A stretch of DNA of 64,000 bases from Acidimicrobiia bacterium. GTDB taxonomy: Bacteria; Actinomycetota; Acidimicrobiia; Spongiisociales; ZC4RG35. Of the stretch, positions 38,728 through 49,087 are shown piece after piece (position 1 is the stretch's first letter; each line of letters begins with the position of its first letter). Location of the stretch: the NCBI GenBank assembly GCA_965215185.1, contig OZ244034.1, forward strand, positions 2,784,001 through 2,848,000, written 5' to 3'. The position numbers were made by a program, and so were the translations under genes. A model generated the notes under the pieces. That model was not told where the DNA came from and ran no database searches. It was given only the letters and a program-made list of their open reading frames with translations.

Positions 38728-39427
38728 GGGTTTGGCGAATGTGTTGGGCTAGCTGGCTGCCTTGGCGGCCTGCCCTTTTGTTGAGGGTGATCGGCGGTAG
38801 CACCTTCACGTTGACTGGCCCTCCTTTTATCAGAAACGACTGAGGGGGCCAGATAGCGCCGGTGCCCGAGATAACCACCGGTAGCACCGGACATCCCAAT
38901 TGAGCGGCGATATGAACGGCCCCGCTCTTGAAGGGAAGCATCTCTCCGGTGAGACTGCGGGTGCCTTCTGGGAAAACCACCAGGGATCTTCCATCGGCCA
39001 CCAGCGACCGCGCGCCGCGAATGATGGCGATCAATTCCTTACGGCCCATGGTGCGATCCAATGGGATCATTTGAGCTCCCCGCATGGCGGCTCCCAGCAG
39101 CGGGAATTCAAACACTTCCTTTTTGGATAAGAACCTGAGGGGAATGGGTAAGGCGGTAAGGAGGGTCATAATGTCGATGTTGGAGCGATGGTTGGCCACG
39201 ATTATGTAGGGCGTGTCCTTTTTGATGTTTTCAAGCCCGCTCACCTTCAGCCGCATCCCGGACATCAGTACCCAGATTCTTCCAAAGACGTTCAGAATGC
39301 GGTCGCTGAAGGGCCCCCCGCGTCGAAACGCCGCATGGATAACCACGGACAAAGCTACGCCCACGGTGGTGAGACCCGCGACCAGGTAGGTGATTACGCT
39401 GCGGAGGAAAGCAAAAGCCTTGCTCAT
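38702..39427 (-). CDS. plsC: 1-acyl-sn-glycerol-3-phosphate acyltransferase
   Basis: ANHRSNID (HX4D), FPEGTRS, PFKSG. Confidence 0.9.
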   Translation of the reverse strand: MSKAFAFLRSVITYLVAGLTTVGVALSVVIHAAFRRGGPFSDRILNVFGRIWVLMSGMRLKVSGLENIKKDTPYIIVANHRSNIDIMTLLTALPIPLRFLSKKEVFEFPLLGAAMRGAQMIPLDRTMGRKELIAIIRGARSLVADGRSLVVFPEGTRSLTGEMLPFKSGAVHIAAQLGCPVLPVVISGTGAIWPPQSFLIKGGPVNVKVLPPITLNKRAGRQGSQLAQHIRQTLIEELARL

Positions 39428-39459
39428 TAATCTAAGGCTAAACCTATGAGGCTGCTACC

Positions 39460-40059
39460 TTGCTCGGTGTGAGGTTTACAGAGATCAAAACCCGACTCCG
39501 GGCCGAGGCGCGTCGCCGGCCCGTGCCCACCCCGGGTGAGTCCCAGCAGGTGTGCAAACAGGTGTTTAACTGGCTGGGAGGGCTACGCCCGGTTCCTGCC
39601 CTCGTCTGGATGGCGATGCCCACCGAACTTGATCTCAGTCCGGTGGTGAAGGCGTCTCCGCAGATCGAGTGGCTAACCACCCGCACCCCGTCCTCCGGCC
39701 CACTTACCGTTCACCCCTATCGCTCCGAACGCGAAATGCACCGTTTTGGATTCCCCCAGCCTGTGGCTTCGGCCTTCCAAGTGGAGCCGACCCGAATCGA
39801 AGTGGCGTTGACGCCTGGGTTGATGTTCGACCGTGATGGTGGACGCCTCGGACGAGGAAAGGGGTATTACGACAGTCTGCTGGCGCGGCTCTCCCCAGGG
39901 GCCCTGCGGGTTGGGGTGACTCTGGAGCGGCTGATAGTAGAAAGCGTCCCCCAGGAACCGCACGATATTCGTATGACCCACCTCATCACCGATGGTGGGG
40001 TGCTGCAGATCCCTTTAGACGACTCCGACCGCCTCGACGATCCAGCGTCCTATCTCTGA
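39460..40059 (+). CDS. 5-formyltetrahydrofolate cyclo-ligase
   Basis: [27 protein letters not shown]. Confidence 0.9.
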   Translation: MLGVRFTEIKTRLRAEARRRPVPTPGESQQVCKQVFNWLGGLRPVPALVWMAMPTELDLSPVVKASPQIEWLTTRTPSSGPLTVHPYRSEREMHRFGFPQPVASAFQVEPTRIEVALTPGLMFDRDGGRLGRGKGYYDSLLARLSPGALRVGVTLERLIVESVPQEPHDIRMTHLITDGGVLQIPLDDSDRLDDPASYL

Positions 40060-41076
40060 GGTGGAGGCCCCCATCTCGGGTCCAGCCATGGCGCCTAATC
40101 CGGGCAGAACCCCAGCTGCCGCCTCTTCCACTTTTGCAGCCGCCACCTTTTCTCCAAGATAATCCAGGAGCATGGCGCTGGTGAACACTGCCGCCACCGG
40201 GTTGGCCCATCCCGTACCCACAATATCGGGAGCGCTGCCATGAACCGGTTCGAATAGAGAGGGATATTCGCCTGTGGGATTGAGATTGCCGCTGGCTGCT
40301 AAGCCGATGCCGCCTGCGATTGCTGCTCCCAGGTCGGTGAGGATGTCACCGAAAATGTTGTCGGTGACCATCACATCGAAACGCTGAGGAGTTTGGACCA
40401 GGTGTATGCATGCCGCGTCCGCATGTACGTAGTCGACCTCGACATCCGGGTAATCACGGGCCACCTCATCAGTGGTCCGTTGCCACAGATCTCCGGCGTA
40501 ATTCAGTACGTTGGTTTTGTGACACATGGTTAGCCGACGGTCTCGAGTCATGGCTCGATCGAAAGCGTATCGGATGATTCGTTCGGTGCCCCTCCGGGTG
40601 TTGACCGAGTTTTGATTGGCGATCTCGTGGGGGGTTCCCTTATGGAGGAACCCGCCGCTGCCCGAGTAGAGTCCTTCGGTGTTCTCTCTCATCACCTCTA
40701 GGTCGCAGTTTTGGGGCGTGAGTCCGGCAATGGCGCTGGGCACACCGGGGTAGAGCTTGACTGGCCGGAAATTGACATAGAGGTCGAAGTCGAATCGCAA
40801 CTTCAACAACAGTCCCCTTTCCAGGACGCCAGGCGGCACTTCGGGAGTTCCTACGGCACCCAACAATATGGCATCATGCGCGGCCAGCTCGGACTGCACA
40901 GAGTCGGGCAATACCTCTCCGGTCGACAGGTAGCGTCCACTGCCCAGGTCGTAGTGAGTGAAGTCGATCCTGAACCCGAATCGCTTGGCGGCTACCTCCA
41001 AGGAATCCACGGCGCAGGTGGTTACCTCCGGGCCGATGCCGTCCCCGCCGATTACTGCCAGTCGATATTCATTCAC
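40015..41076 (-). CDS. leuB: 3-isopropylmalate dehydrogenase
   Basis: [49 protein letters not shown]. Confidence 0.95.
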   Translation of the reverse strand: MNEYRLAVIGGDGIGPEVTTCAVDSLEVAAKRFGFRIDFTHYDLGSGRYLSTGEVLPDSVQSELAAHDAILLGAVGTPEVPPGVLERGLLLKLRFDFDLYVNFRPVKLYPGVPSAIAGLTPQNCDLEVMRENTEGLYSGSGGFLHKGTPHEIANQNSVNTRRGTERIIRYAFDRAMTRDRRLTMCHKTNVLNYAGDLWQRTTDEVARDYPDVEVDYVHADAACIHLVQTPQRFDVMVTDNIFGDILTDLGAAIAGGIGLAASGNLNPTGEYPSLFEPVHGSAPDIVGTGWANPVAAVFTSAMLLDYLGEKVAAAKVEEAAAGVLPGLGAMAGPEMGASTSEIGRWIVEAVGVV

Positions 41077-41092
41077 AAGCAGATTATGGGAT

Positions 41093-41437
41093 CTACAGCA
41101 ATTCCTCGGCTATGTCGCCGAATATGCCTGGCTGGGAGGGCGTCTCTGAGAATCCGTAGACGACACTTCGCTTCTGGCGTCGGCGCCGAACTTTCCGCGG
41201 CCCATCTTCTCCGTCGGTAGGGGGGTCTGGATGATGACTGGTGAAGTTCAATTCGAGTCTCAACTCGTTGGCCAAAGCGATCAGGCTGGAAATTCGCATG
41301 TCCACAGCTCCGTTTTCGATACGAGAGATCTGAGCTTGGGTGAGCCCGGATCTCTGGCTCAGTTCTCGTTGACTGAGCCCCTGGCCGGTGCGTGCTTCCT
41401 GCAGTACCTTTGCTATACGCGAGTTTCCACTGCCCAT
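41093..41437 (-). CDS. XRE/Cro-C1 HTH regulator (HipB-like)
   Basis: [28 protein letters not shown]...SSL..LA. Confidence 0.8.
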   Translation of the reverse strand: MGSGNSRIAKVLQEARTGQGLSQRELSQRSGLTQAQISRIENGAVDMRISSLIALANELRLELNFTSHHPDPPTDGEDGPRKVRRRRQKRSVVYGFSETPSQPGIFGDIAEELL

Positions 41438-41542
41438 ACCAATATAGGATAGCGTATACTTTTTGGCGGATCGCTGATGCGTCGACCCCAAACGCCCTTC
41501 GATACAGTTTGCGATATCGCAATGAGGGTGGGGGCTGATGGG

Positions 41543-43057
41543 TCATTTGGCGCCGATCGCCCGGTTCAAAGCATCAACGAATGCCTCCGCCGATCCTTCC
41601 ACAACATCGGTGGAGACGGCCTTTCCTGAAAAGGTGTTGTCTCCAACCCGCACCACCACGTTCACTTCGGCCATGGCGTCGGCGCCGGAAGTGACCGGGA
41701 CGACCCGATAGTCCACAAGCCGGGCATCAACGCCGAAACATTGCCTTATTGCCGAGAAGGCAGCGTGAACCATCCCGCCGCCCTGGCCGGTGTAGTCGGC
41801 GACCATCCCCGAACGGGAGAGAGTGACCACTGCGGTGGGGGTGGTGTCGTGGCCCCCGGAGACATTGATGCCCACTATTTCCACCTCAGCGGTGGGAAGG
41901 ACGGACGACCCGGCGGCGGCGATGGCGCGCAGTTCGGTTTCACCGAATTCCAGCTTGCGGTCGGCCATGGCCTTGAACTTGGCGAAAGCCTGATTGAACT
42001 CATCATCTTCCAAGGAGATGTTCAGGTTTTGCAAGGCGTCGGCAAACCCTGCCCGGCCCGAGTGCTTGCCCAGGATGATCTGAGCGCCCCGCTGGCCGAT
42101 TGATTCGGCGCTCATAATCTCGTAGGTTTCACGGTCGCGGAGGACACCGTGTTGATGGATGCCCGATTCGTGAGCGAAGGCGTTGCGTCCCACTACCGCC
42201 TTGTTGAACTGCACCGGATAGCCGGTGAGCTGTGAAACCAACCGGGATGTGTCGAAGATCTGCGTGGTGTCCGCGCCGATCTCTACTCCGAAAATATCCT
42301 GGCGCGTCTTGATGGCCATGATGATCTCCTCGATGGAGGTGTTGCCGGCTCGTTCTCCGATCCCGTTAATCGCCCCTTCGATTTGACGCGCTCCTGCAGA
42401 GATGGCCGACAGCGAGTTAGCCACCGCCAGACCCAGATCGTCGTGACAGTGCACCGAGATGGTTATGTCGCGGCGGTCCCCCCGCACTTCGGCGTAGATG
42501 CGCTTCATCAACTGCGTGAACTCGACGGGGGTGGCGTAGCCCACCGTGTCGGGGATGTTGATGGTGGTGGCGCCGGCCTCAACGGCAGCCCGGCAGACAT
42601 CCACCAGGAACTGATAGTCGGAGCGGGTGGCGTCTTGGGGAGAGAATTCAACATCGTCGGTGTAGCGGCGCGCCCTGCGTACGCCTTCCACCGAGGCTTT
42701 CAACACTTCGGAGGGGGTCATGCGCAGCATTCGCTCCATGTGGATGGGAGAAGTGGACATGAAAACGTGGATACGGGCCCGATCGGCGTGGCGGAGAGCA
42801 TCCCAGGCTTGGTCAATGTCATTGGGATGGGCGCGGGCCAGGCTGGCGATGACCGGTCCTCTTACCTCGGCGGCGATCCGTGACACCGCTTCGAAATCGC
42901 CTGATGAGGAAGCTGCGAACCCGGCTTCCAGGACGTCCACCCGCAGGCGGGCCAACTGGTGGGCGATGGTGACTTTCTCGTCGGGGGTGAGCGCGATGCC
43001 GGGGGCTTGCTCCCCGTCGCGCAGGGTTGTGTCGAAGATAATCAGTCGGTCGGACAT
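41543..43057 (-). CDS. leuA: 2-isopropylmalate synthase
   Basis: IFDTTLRDGEQ, HCHDDLG, GIGERAGN, HESGIHQ, LGKHSG, regulatory domain; ATG at 43057 after CAGGAG. Confidence 0.96.
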   Translation of the reverse strand: MSDRLIIFDTTLRDGEQAPGIALTPDEKVTIAHQLARLRVDVLEAGFAASSSGDFEAVSRIAAEVRGPVIASLARAHPNDIDQAWDALRHADRARIHVFMSTSPIHMERMLRMTPSEVLKASVEGVRRARRYTDDVEFSPQDATRSDYQFLVDVCRAAVEAGATTINIPDTVGYATPVEFTQLMKRIYAEVRGDRRDITISVHCHDDLGLAVANSLSAISAGARQIEGAINGIGERAGNTSIEEIIMAIKTRQDIFGVEIGADTTQIFDTSRLVSQLTGYPVQFNKAVVGRNAFAHESGIHQHGVLRDRETYEIMSAESIGQRGAQIILGKHSGRAGFADALQNLNISLEDDEFNQAFAKFKAMADRKLEFGETELRAIAAAGSSVLPTAEVEIVGINVSGGHDTTPTAVVTLSRSGMVADYTGQGGGMVHAAFSAIRQCFGVDARLVDYRVVPVTSGADAMAEVNVVVRVGDNTFSGKAVSTDVVEGSAEAFVDALNRAIGAK

Positions 43058-43083
43058 TTTGGGGCTCCTGGTTGGGTTGGTGG

Positions 43084-43194
43084 GGTGCTGATTCAGGTGG
43101 TGTGGAGGCCGGGCCGGCGGGGGCCGCCGCCCGGCCGAATCAGCACCAGACAACCACTGGGTCTGTCCGTATCAGCGGGGATGCGCAGAGTCAT
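43084..43194 (-). promoter_or_regulatory. leuA leader: short leader ORF plus large GC hairpin (LEU-element-like)
   Basis: ATG 43194 overlaps the ilvC stop; peptide ...GCLVLIRPGG...; nested inverted repeats 43084-43094/43137-43147 and 43107-43120/43124-43136. Confidence 0.55.
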
Positions 43195-44195
43195 TCCGGC
43201 GTCTTGGGGTCCAGGAAGGGCATCATCTGACGGAGGTGGTGTCCAATCTTCTCGATGGGATGTGATCGGTCGGCAGCCCGCTGCTCCAGAAGGAATGGGG
43301 CGCCCTCCCGGGCCTGTGCCATCCACTCCCGGGCGAAGGCGCCGGATTGGATCTCCGCCAAAACTCTTTTCATCTCGGCGCGGCTCTCGTCGGTGATGAT
43401 CCGCGGTCCGCGGGTGTAGTCCCCGTACTCGGCGGTGTCAGAAATCGAGTAGCGCATCCAAGACAGACCCCCCTCGTAGAGAAGGTCCACGATCAGTTTC
43501 AGTTCGTGAAGAGTCTCGAAATAGGCGGATTCGGGCTCATAGCCGGCTTCCACCAGGGTCTCATAGGAGGCTTTGATCAACTGGGAGACACCGCCGCACA
43601 AAATGACCTGCTCCCCGAAGAGATCGGTCTCGGTCTCCTCGCGGAAAGTAGTTTGCAGCACGCCCGCTCTTGCGCCTCCGATCCCCCAGGAGTAGGACAT
43701 CCCCAACCGGAAGGCGTCACCGGTGGCGTCCTGATGGATGGCCAGCAGACACGGAACCCCAGAGCCTTCTGTGTAAGTGCGTCTCACCAGATGCCCCGGG
43801 CCTTTGGGGGCCACCATGAGCACGTCGAGGGCCTCGGAGGGGACTATCTCCCCAAAGTGGATGTTGAAGCCGTGAGCGAACATCAGAGCGTCCCCGGGCG
43901 CCATCTTCTCGGCGATCTGCTGGTTGTAGAAGTCCGCCATAAGTTGGTCGGGAACCAGCATCGTCACCAGGTTGGCCCATTCCGCCGCTTCCGGTGGGTC
44001 CATTACTGTCAGCCCGTCCGCCTCAGCTTGCGCTCTCCGGGCCGACTCTGGCCGCAGCCCCACCACCACATCCACTCCCGACTCCGAGAGGTTGAGAGCG
44101 TGGGCATGTCCCTGGCTGCCGTAACCGATGACCGCCACCTTGCGGCCTTTGATTACCTCGGGATCTGCGTCCTTGTCATAAAAAATCTCGGCCAT
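43191..44195 (-). CDS. ilvC: Ketol-acid reductoisomerase
   Basis: [42 protein letters not shown]. Confidence 0.97.
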   Translation of the reverse strand: MAEIFYDKDADPEVIKGRKVAVIGYGSQGHAHALNLSESGVDVVVGLRPESARRAQAEADGLTVMDPPEAAEWANLVTMLVPDQLMADFYNQQIAEKMAPGDALMFAHGFNIHFGEIVPSEALDVLMVAPKGPGHLVRRTYTEGSGVPCLLAIHQDATGDAFRLGMSYSWGIGGARAGVLQTTFREETETDLFGEQVILCGGVSQLIKASYETLVEAGYEPESAYFETLHELKLIVDLLYEGGLSWMRYSISDTAEYGDYTRGPRIITDESRAEMKRVLAEIQSGAFAREWMAQAREGAPFLLEQRAADRSHPIEKIGHHLRQMMPFLDPKTPE

Positions 44196-44734
44196 TAGTT
44201 TTCCACCGCCTGTCCAACCGCCCTCATTCGGGAGGGCTTGCTCTTGGCGTCCCGCCCGATGGCAATCCGCCCTGACTTGACCAACTCCACTACCCCGAAA
44301 GGCCGGAGAAGCTCTGTTAGATCACCCAGCTTGGCGGGTCGGCCCGTCACCTCGAGAGTGAGGGTGTTGACTCCCACATCCACCACGTTGGCTTTGAAGA
44401 TGTTCGCCACTTCGATCGCTTCGGTTCGAGCACCTCCGGTGGCCGCTATCCGAATCAACATGGTCTCCCGCTCAACGGCCTTGGAGGGGTCGATTTCAAA
44501 GATCTTGATCACGTTGATTAGTTTGTGAAGCTGCTTTTTCACCTGTTCCACGTTTTCGGATTCCACCACCACGGTTATTCGTGACAGATCCTCATCAATG
44601 GTGGGTCCCACTGCCAGAGAATGGATATTGAAGCCGCGCCGGGCCAACAGAGAGGAGATCCGGGCCAGCACCGCTGGGCGGTTCTCAACCAGCACACTGA
44701 GGGTATGGCGCGTGGGGCTAGTGGATCCAGCCAT
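44195..44734 (-). CDS. ilvN: Acetolactate synthase small subunit
   Basis: [35 protein letters not shown]. Confidence 0.95.
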   Translation of the reverse strand: MAGSTSPTRHTLSVLVENRPAVLARISSLLARRGFNIHSLAVGPTIDEDLSRITVVVESENVEQVKKQLHKLINVIKIFEIDPSKAVERETMLIRIAATGGARTEAIEVANIFKANVVDVGVNTLTLEVTGRPAKLGDLTELLRPFGVVELVKSGRIAIGRDAKSKPSRMRAVGQAVEN

Positions 44735-44736
44735 GT

Positions 44737-46440
44737 CTATGCCCCCGGGTCGGGCGCTAGGATCACGTTGTCGTTGGACCCACCGGCTGGAACCATCGGG
44801 AACACCATTTCTTCGGAATCCACCACTATGTCCACCACCACCGGACGGTCGTCGATGGACAGCGATTTCTCCAAGATGGGTGCAACGTCTTCGGGCGTCT
44901 CCGCCCGAAGCCCTATGCAGCCCATTCCCTCCGCCAGTTTCACGTAGTCCACTACCTCAGAGTTCAAAAGGCTTGCCGACAGCCGCCCCCCATAGAAGAG
45001 CTTCTGCCACTGCTTCACCATGCCGTGGGCGCCGTTATTGAAAACGGCCACCTTGACAGGAATCTTATGTGCGGAGGCGGCGATCAATTCTTGAAAGGTC
45101 ATTTGGAAGCACCCGTCGCCGTCTACCGCATAGACGAGTTCATCGGGCATCCCCGCCTTGGCGCCAATCGCGGCCGGGACCGCGAATCCCATAGTGCCCA
45201 GACCTCCTGAGTTGATCCAGCGGCGCGGACGGTCAAACTTCCAGAACTGCGAGGCCCACATCTGATGCTGGCCGACCCCCGACACCAGGATGGCGTCTCC
45301 ACCGGTGAGCCTGGCCAATTCCTCGATAACGAACTGGGGCTTGATCGGGCCGTCCGGCTGCTGCTGGTAGGAGAGCGGATGCTTTTCCTGCCATCCGCGC
45401 AAGGTATCCAACCATTCGCCATTGGATAAGGCAGGTCGGTCTCCCCAGGCTTTGATCAACTGGTTCAGCACCCGGCGCGCGTCCGCCACGACGGGAATGT
45501 CCGCATACCGCACTTTGCCGATCTCCGCCGGATCGATATCGGCGTGGATGACCTTGGCGTTAACGGCGAAGTGTTTGGGATCGCCGGTTACCCGGTCGTC
45601 GAAGCGCACCCCGATGGCGGCCAACACGTCGCACTTCTGCATGGAGGTGATGGCCGTGTAGTTGCCATGCATCCCCGGCATCCCCAAGCAGAGCGGGTGA
45701 TCATCGGGGATGGCGCCTCTTCCCATCAGGGTGGTCACCACCGGGATGTTGGAAACCTCCACGAAGCGGGCGAGCGCTTCCGCAGCGTCCGCTTTGATAA
45801 TCCCTCCCCCCACATATAGCAGCGGCCGCCGGCTGTTTGCCAGCATCTCCACTGCCTCTTTCACTCTCCGAGGGTGGCCGTCCATATTGGGCCTATAGCC
45901 GGGCAGGTCCAATTTTTGGGGTGGACGCCACTCGGTCTCCATCTGCAGCACATCTTTGGGAAGGTCTATCAGCACCGGCCCCGGACGGCCGGTGGAAGCC
46001 AGATGGAAAGCCTCGTGTATGACGGTTGGGATGTCGTCAGGGTCGGTGACAAAGTAGTTGTGCTTGGTGGCGGCCATGGTGATCCCGGTGGTATAAGCCT
46101 CCTGGAAGGCGTCGTTTCCGACGGCGTGGGTGGGGACCTGCCCGGTGATGGCCACCATGGGTACGGAGTCCATCAACGCATCGGCCAGTGGGGTAACAAG
46201 GTTGGTCGCCCCGGGTCCGGAGGTGGCCATGCACACGCCCACCCGGCCGGTGGCCCATGCGTATCCGGCTGCCATATGACCGGCGCCCTGTTCGTGGCGG
46301 GCCAGGATGTGGCGGATCGGGCTGTAATACAAAGGGTCGTAGGCTGGAAGAATGGCCCCGCCGGGCACTCCGAATATCAAGTCGACTCCCTCGTGCTCCA
46401 GGGAGGATATGACTGATTGCGCTCCGTTTACTTTGGTCAT
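44737..46440 (-). CDS. ilvB: Acetolactate synthase large subunit
   Basis: PGGAILP, RHEQGA, TSGPGATN, GMPGMHG, RFDDRVTG, VGQHQMW, GDGCFQM. Confidence 0.97.
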   Translation of the reverse strand: MTKVNGAQSVISSLEHEGVDLIFGVPGGAILPAYDPLYYSPIRHILARHEQGAGHMAAGYAWATGRVGVCMATSGPGATNLVTPLADALMDSVPMVAITGQVPTHAVGNDAFQEAYTTGITMAATKHNYFVTDPDDIPTVIHEAFHLASTGRPGPVLIDLPKDVLQMETEWRPPQKLDLPGYRPNMDGHPRRVKEAVEMLANSRRPLLYVGGGIIKADAAEALARFVEVSNIPVVTTLMGRGAIPDDHPLCLGMPGMHGNYTAITSMQKCDVLAAIGVRFDDRVTGDPKHFAVNAKVIHADIDPAEIGKVRYADIPVVADARRVLNQLIKAWGDRPALSNGEWLDTLRGWQEKHPLSYQQQPDGPIKPQFVIEELARLTGGDAILVSGVGQHQMWASQFWKFDRPRRWINSGGLGTMGFAVPAAIGAKAGMPDELVYAVDGDGCFQMTFQELIAASAHKIPVKVAVFNNGAHGMVKQWQKLFYGGRLSASLLNSEVVDYVKLAEGMGCIGLRAETPEDVAPILEKSLSIDDRPVVVDIVVDSEEMVFPMVPAGGSNDNVILAPDPGA

Positions 46441-46460
46441 GGTCCGGCTTTCGTGGGGCT

Positions 46461-46494
46461 AAAAAAATGAATCCCTCCTTGGGGGAGGGATTCA
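46461..46494 (-). terminator. Attenuator terminator of the ilvB operon
   Basis: Minus strand reads TGAATCCCTCC-ccaa loop-GGAGGGATTCA-TTTTTTT: an 11-bp perfect stem plus U7, 20 nt before the ilvB start. Confidence 0.9.
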
Positions 46495-46519
46495 GCACAC
46501 ACGGGGTTGTACGTGTGCG

Positions 46520-46555
46520 CTACTCGAGTACCAGCAACAGGCCTATGTATCTCAC
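46520..46555 (-). CDS. ilv leader peptide (M)RYIGLLLVLE
   Basis: GTG...TAG, 11 aa with 6 Ile/Leu/Val codons, directly upstream of the hairpins; CATAAT 8 nt before the GTG. Confidence 0.8.
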   Translation of the reverse strand: MRYIGLLLVLE

Positions 46556-46657
46556 TCTTAGATATTATGGTCAGATTTACCCAACGTTGCAAACTCTAAG
46601 AAGGGTTAATGTGAGGGTGTCCTATATCTTAAGAGGGATGAAACCGGGCGTTAAGCG

Positions 46658-47911
46658 ATGAAGTTCCGACCCGAGGATTTCCTGATTGCTTTGGAGGAGG
46701 CGAGACGGCTCCTCAAGGAGATGCCGTTTGCTGAAGTTCCCCATTCTCTCAAGAAGACCCGGGTTTCATCGTCTCGCAAGCTGACGCCGGTAGAAGCGCG
46801 GGCCCTTTATCGAGAATTGGACCGGGATGAGGATTTTCGTCGAGCCACTCTCGAGAATTGGAACGCACCTTCCTTGGGTAGCGCCGATGCCCGCGTCGCG
46901 GCCGCGGTTCTGTTTTTGGAGAGGTCCAATGATTGGGAGTCTTTGGTTCAAGGGCATCTGGCCGAGGTGGAATTGGAAGAAGCTCGGATGGAGACCGGAC
47001 GGTTGGAGAGATGTCTCTGTGAAGCGCAGGCGCAGGTTAAGGCCCTCAAGGTCCAGGTGGCCGAAGCTCGCCGGTTGGCGGAGGAGGAGACCAAGCGGCG
47101 CACCGATCAGCTAGGGCAGGACTTGGGAAGAGCCAGAGAAAGGATCGGTGGTCTGGCGAAAAAACTCGCCGAAGAGAAGAGGAAAGTTGAGTACTGGGAT
47201 AAGGAAGCCCAGGCTGCCTGGCGCGAGTTGGACGAAGCCGATCGGCGCTATGACGACCTGCGGGAGCGGTATAGTTCGAAGATGAAGCCCGGATTGGTCC
47301 AAACAGGTGTCGACACCGGAGGAGAAACAGGCTTTAGCCGCGATCCCCTGCAGGCCGCCCGGATGCTGGATCAGATGGTGAGCTTTTGGGAAGTTGGGTT
47401 GGATTCGGGGCCTGATCCGGTCTCGGCTTTTGATCCTTTGGAATTTCCGCCTGGGCTGGATCCTAAATCGGGAGGAGCGGTGATGTGGCTCTACTACGAC
47501 GCTCCCCGACTTACTCTGCTCGTTGACGGATACAACGTTGCACACTATTGGCACTACCACCGTCAAATCCGGGAGAAACCCGACCACCAGACGATCGAGT
47601 TCATCACCAACAAGCTTGACAAGCTGGCCAGGTATTCCGTTGGCCGCCACCGAGTGAATTTCTATCTGGATTCCCGCTATGCGAATGGATTGGAACCGGA
47701 TTGGGACAACCGCTTCAAGAGTGGTCATCTGAACGGGTTCTATGTGGTAGACGCCGATGATGGCATCGCCGAGGAGGCGACCAGGCGGGCAGGCGAGCCG
47801 GTGGCGGTGATCACCAGCGACAATGCACTGGCGGAACGGTGCCGGCAACACGGGGCGGTGAGGTTGTTTTCTGAGGCCTTGGCGGAGTGGTTGGCGAACT
47901 CGCCGGTCTAA
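46658..47911 (+). CDS. Coiled-coil protein with C-terminal NYN (YacP-like) RNase domain
   Basis: Central coiled coil; LLVDGYNV, F.LDS, DADDGI, VAVITSDNAL...GA. Confidence 0.8.
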   Translation: MKFRPEDFLIALEEARRLLKEMPFAEVPHSLKKTRVSSSRKLTPVEARALYRELDRDEDFRRATLENWNAPSLGSADARVAAAVLFLERSNDWESLVQGHLAEVELEEARMETGRLERCLCEAQAQVKALKVQVAEARRLAEEETKRRTDQLGQDLGRARERIGGLAKKLAEEKRKVEYWDKEAQAAWRELDEADRRYDDLRERYSSKMKPGLVQTGVDTGGETGFSRDPLQAARMLDQMVSFWEVGLDSGPDPVSAFDPLEFPPGLDPKSGGAVMWLYYDAPRLTLLVDGYNVAHYWHYHRQIREKPDHQTIEFITNKLDKLARYSVGRHRVNFYLDSRYANGLEPDWDNRFKSGHLNGFYVVDADDGIAEEATRRAGEPVAVITSDNALAERCRQHGAVRLFSEALAEWLANSPV

Positions 47912-49002
47912 CCGGCCGGTTGGTGGCCTTGGGCGCTGAAGCGGGGCTGGATCGGGTGGGAATCTGCGCGGCCGATCCTTTCTCCGATACGCGGGTTCAG
48001 ATCCGTTCCCGCAAATCCCAAGGAATGTCGGCCCGACTGGGCTTCACATTCACCAATCCGGATGTCTCCACCGACATCCAGCGTTCGTTTCCCTGGGCGG
48101 AGCGGCTGGTCGTGGGGATTCGCGCCTATCTGCCCGCCGCCGGCGATCCCGGCGGACCAGAACCCGGTCAGGGGCGGGTGGCCCGCTTCGCGGTTTCCGA
48201 CTCTTATCAGCCTCTGCGGGCAGGTTTGGAGAGACTGGCCGCGGAGTTGGAGGGCTTGGGTTTTCGAGCCAAGGTGCTGGTGGACGATTCGAAACTGGTG
48301 GATCGGGCGGCGGCGGTGAGAGCCGGGGTGGCATGGTGGGGAAAGAGCACCATGGTGCTGGCCCCGGGGGTGGGACCCTGGTTTCTAATCGGATCGGTGG
48401 TAACCGACGCCCGCCTGCCTACTTCTCGGCCCATGGAACGCAATTGCGGGACCTGTGACGCATGCCTGCCGGCCTGTCCCACCGGGGCTCTCGTTGCCCC
48501 CGGAGTCCTGGACGCCCGGCTCTGTCTGGCCGCCCTGGCCCAAGGCCCGGGGGTGATCCCCCGGGAAATGCGCCCCTTGCTGGAGGACCGCATCTACGGA
48601 TGCGATGAATGCCTGAACGCATGCCCACCTGGCAACCGGCTGCTGGACAAGGCAGTCTCCCCTCGGGGCTCGGTGGATCTGGTGGCCCTTCTGCGAAGCG
48701 CCGACCAAGAGATCTTGGATCAATTCGCCCACTTCTATCTCCCATCTCGCCGTCCGCGAATCCTGCGGCGCAATGCCCTGGTGGCTCTGGGAAACACCGG
48801 CGCCGCCGAGCATTTGGGCATGGTTGCCGGCTACCTTGGCAACCCCGACTGGCTGTTGCGATTGCACGCGGTGTGGGCGGTCCACCATTTGAGCGTCAGG
48901 CTGTCCTTGCAGTGGGGGGAGTTCTTCCTTCACCACGCCGCCTCCCGGGAGAGATCCCCAGAGGTGTTGGAGGAGTTGGCTGTGTCTGGAGTGAAGTCTT
49001 GA
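47887..49002 (+). CDS. queG: Epoxyqueuosine reductase
   Basis: GRVARFA, DRAAAVRAG, GKST, GPWFLIG, CGTCDACLPACPTGA, LDARLC, IYGCDECLNACP, HEAT tail RRNALVALGN. Confidence 0.9.
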   Translation: MVGELAGLTGRLVALGAEAGLDRVGICAADPFSDTRVQIRSRKSQGMSARLGFTFTNPDVSTDIQRSFPWAERLVVGIRAYLPAAGDPGGPEPGQGRVARFAVSDSYQPLRAGLERLAAELEGLGFRAKVLVDDSKLVDRAAAVRAGVAWWGKSTMVLAPGVGPWFLIGSVVTDARLPTSRPMERNCGTCDACLPACPTGALVAPGVLDARLCLAALAQGPGVIPREMRPLLEDRIYGCDECLNACPPGNRLLDKAVSPRGSVDLVALLRSADQEILDQFAHFYLPSRRPRILRRNALVALGNTGAAEHLGMVAGYLGNPDWLLRLHAVWAVHHLSVRLSLQWGEFFLHHAASRERSPEVLEELAVSGVKS

Positions 49003-49087
49003 AGCCTTCTCCCACTGGTCCGCGGAGTCTTACTTTGTCCAAAACCCCCAGGCGGCGGGCAGGTAGATACCGAGTTGCTACCGTTTT

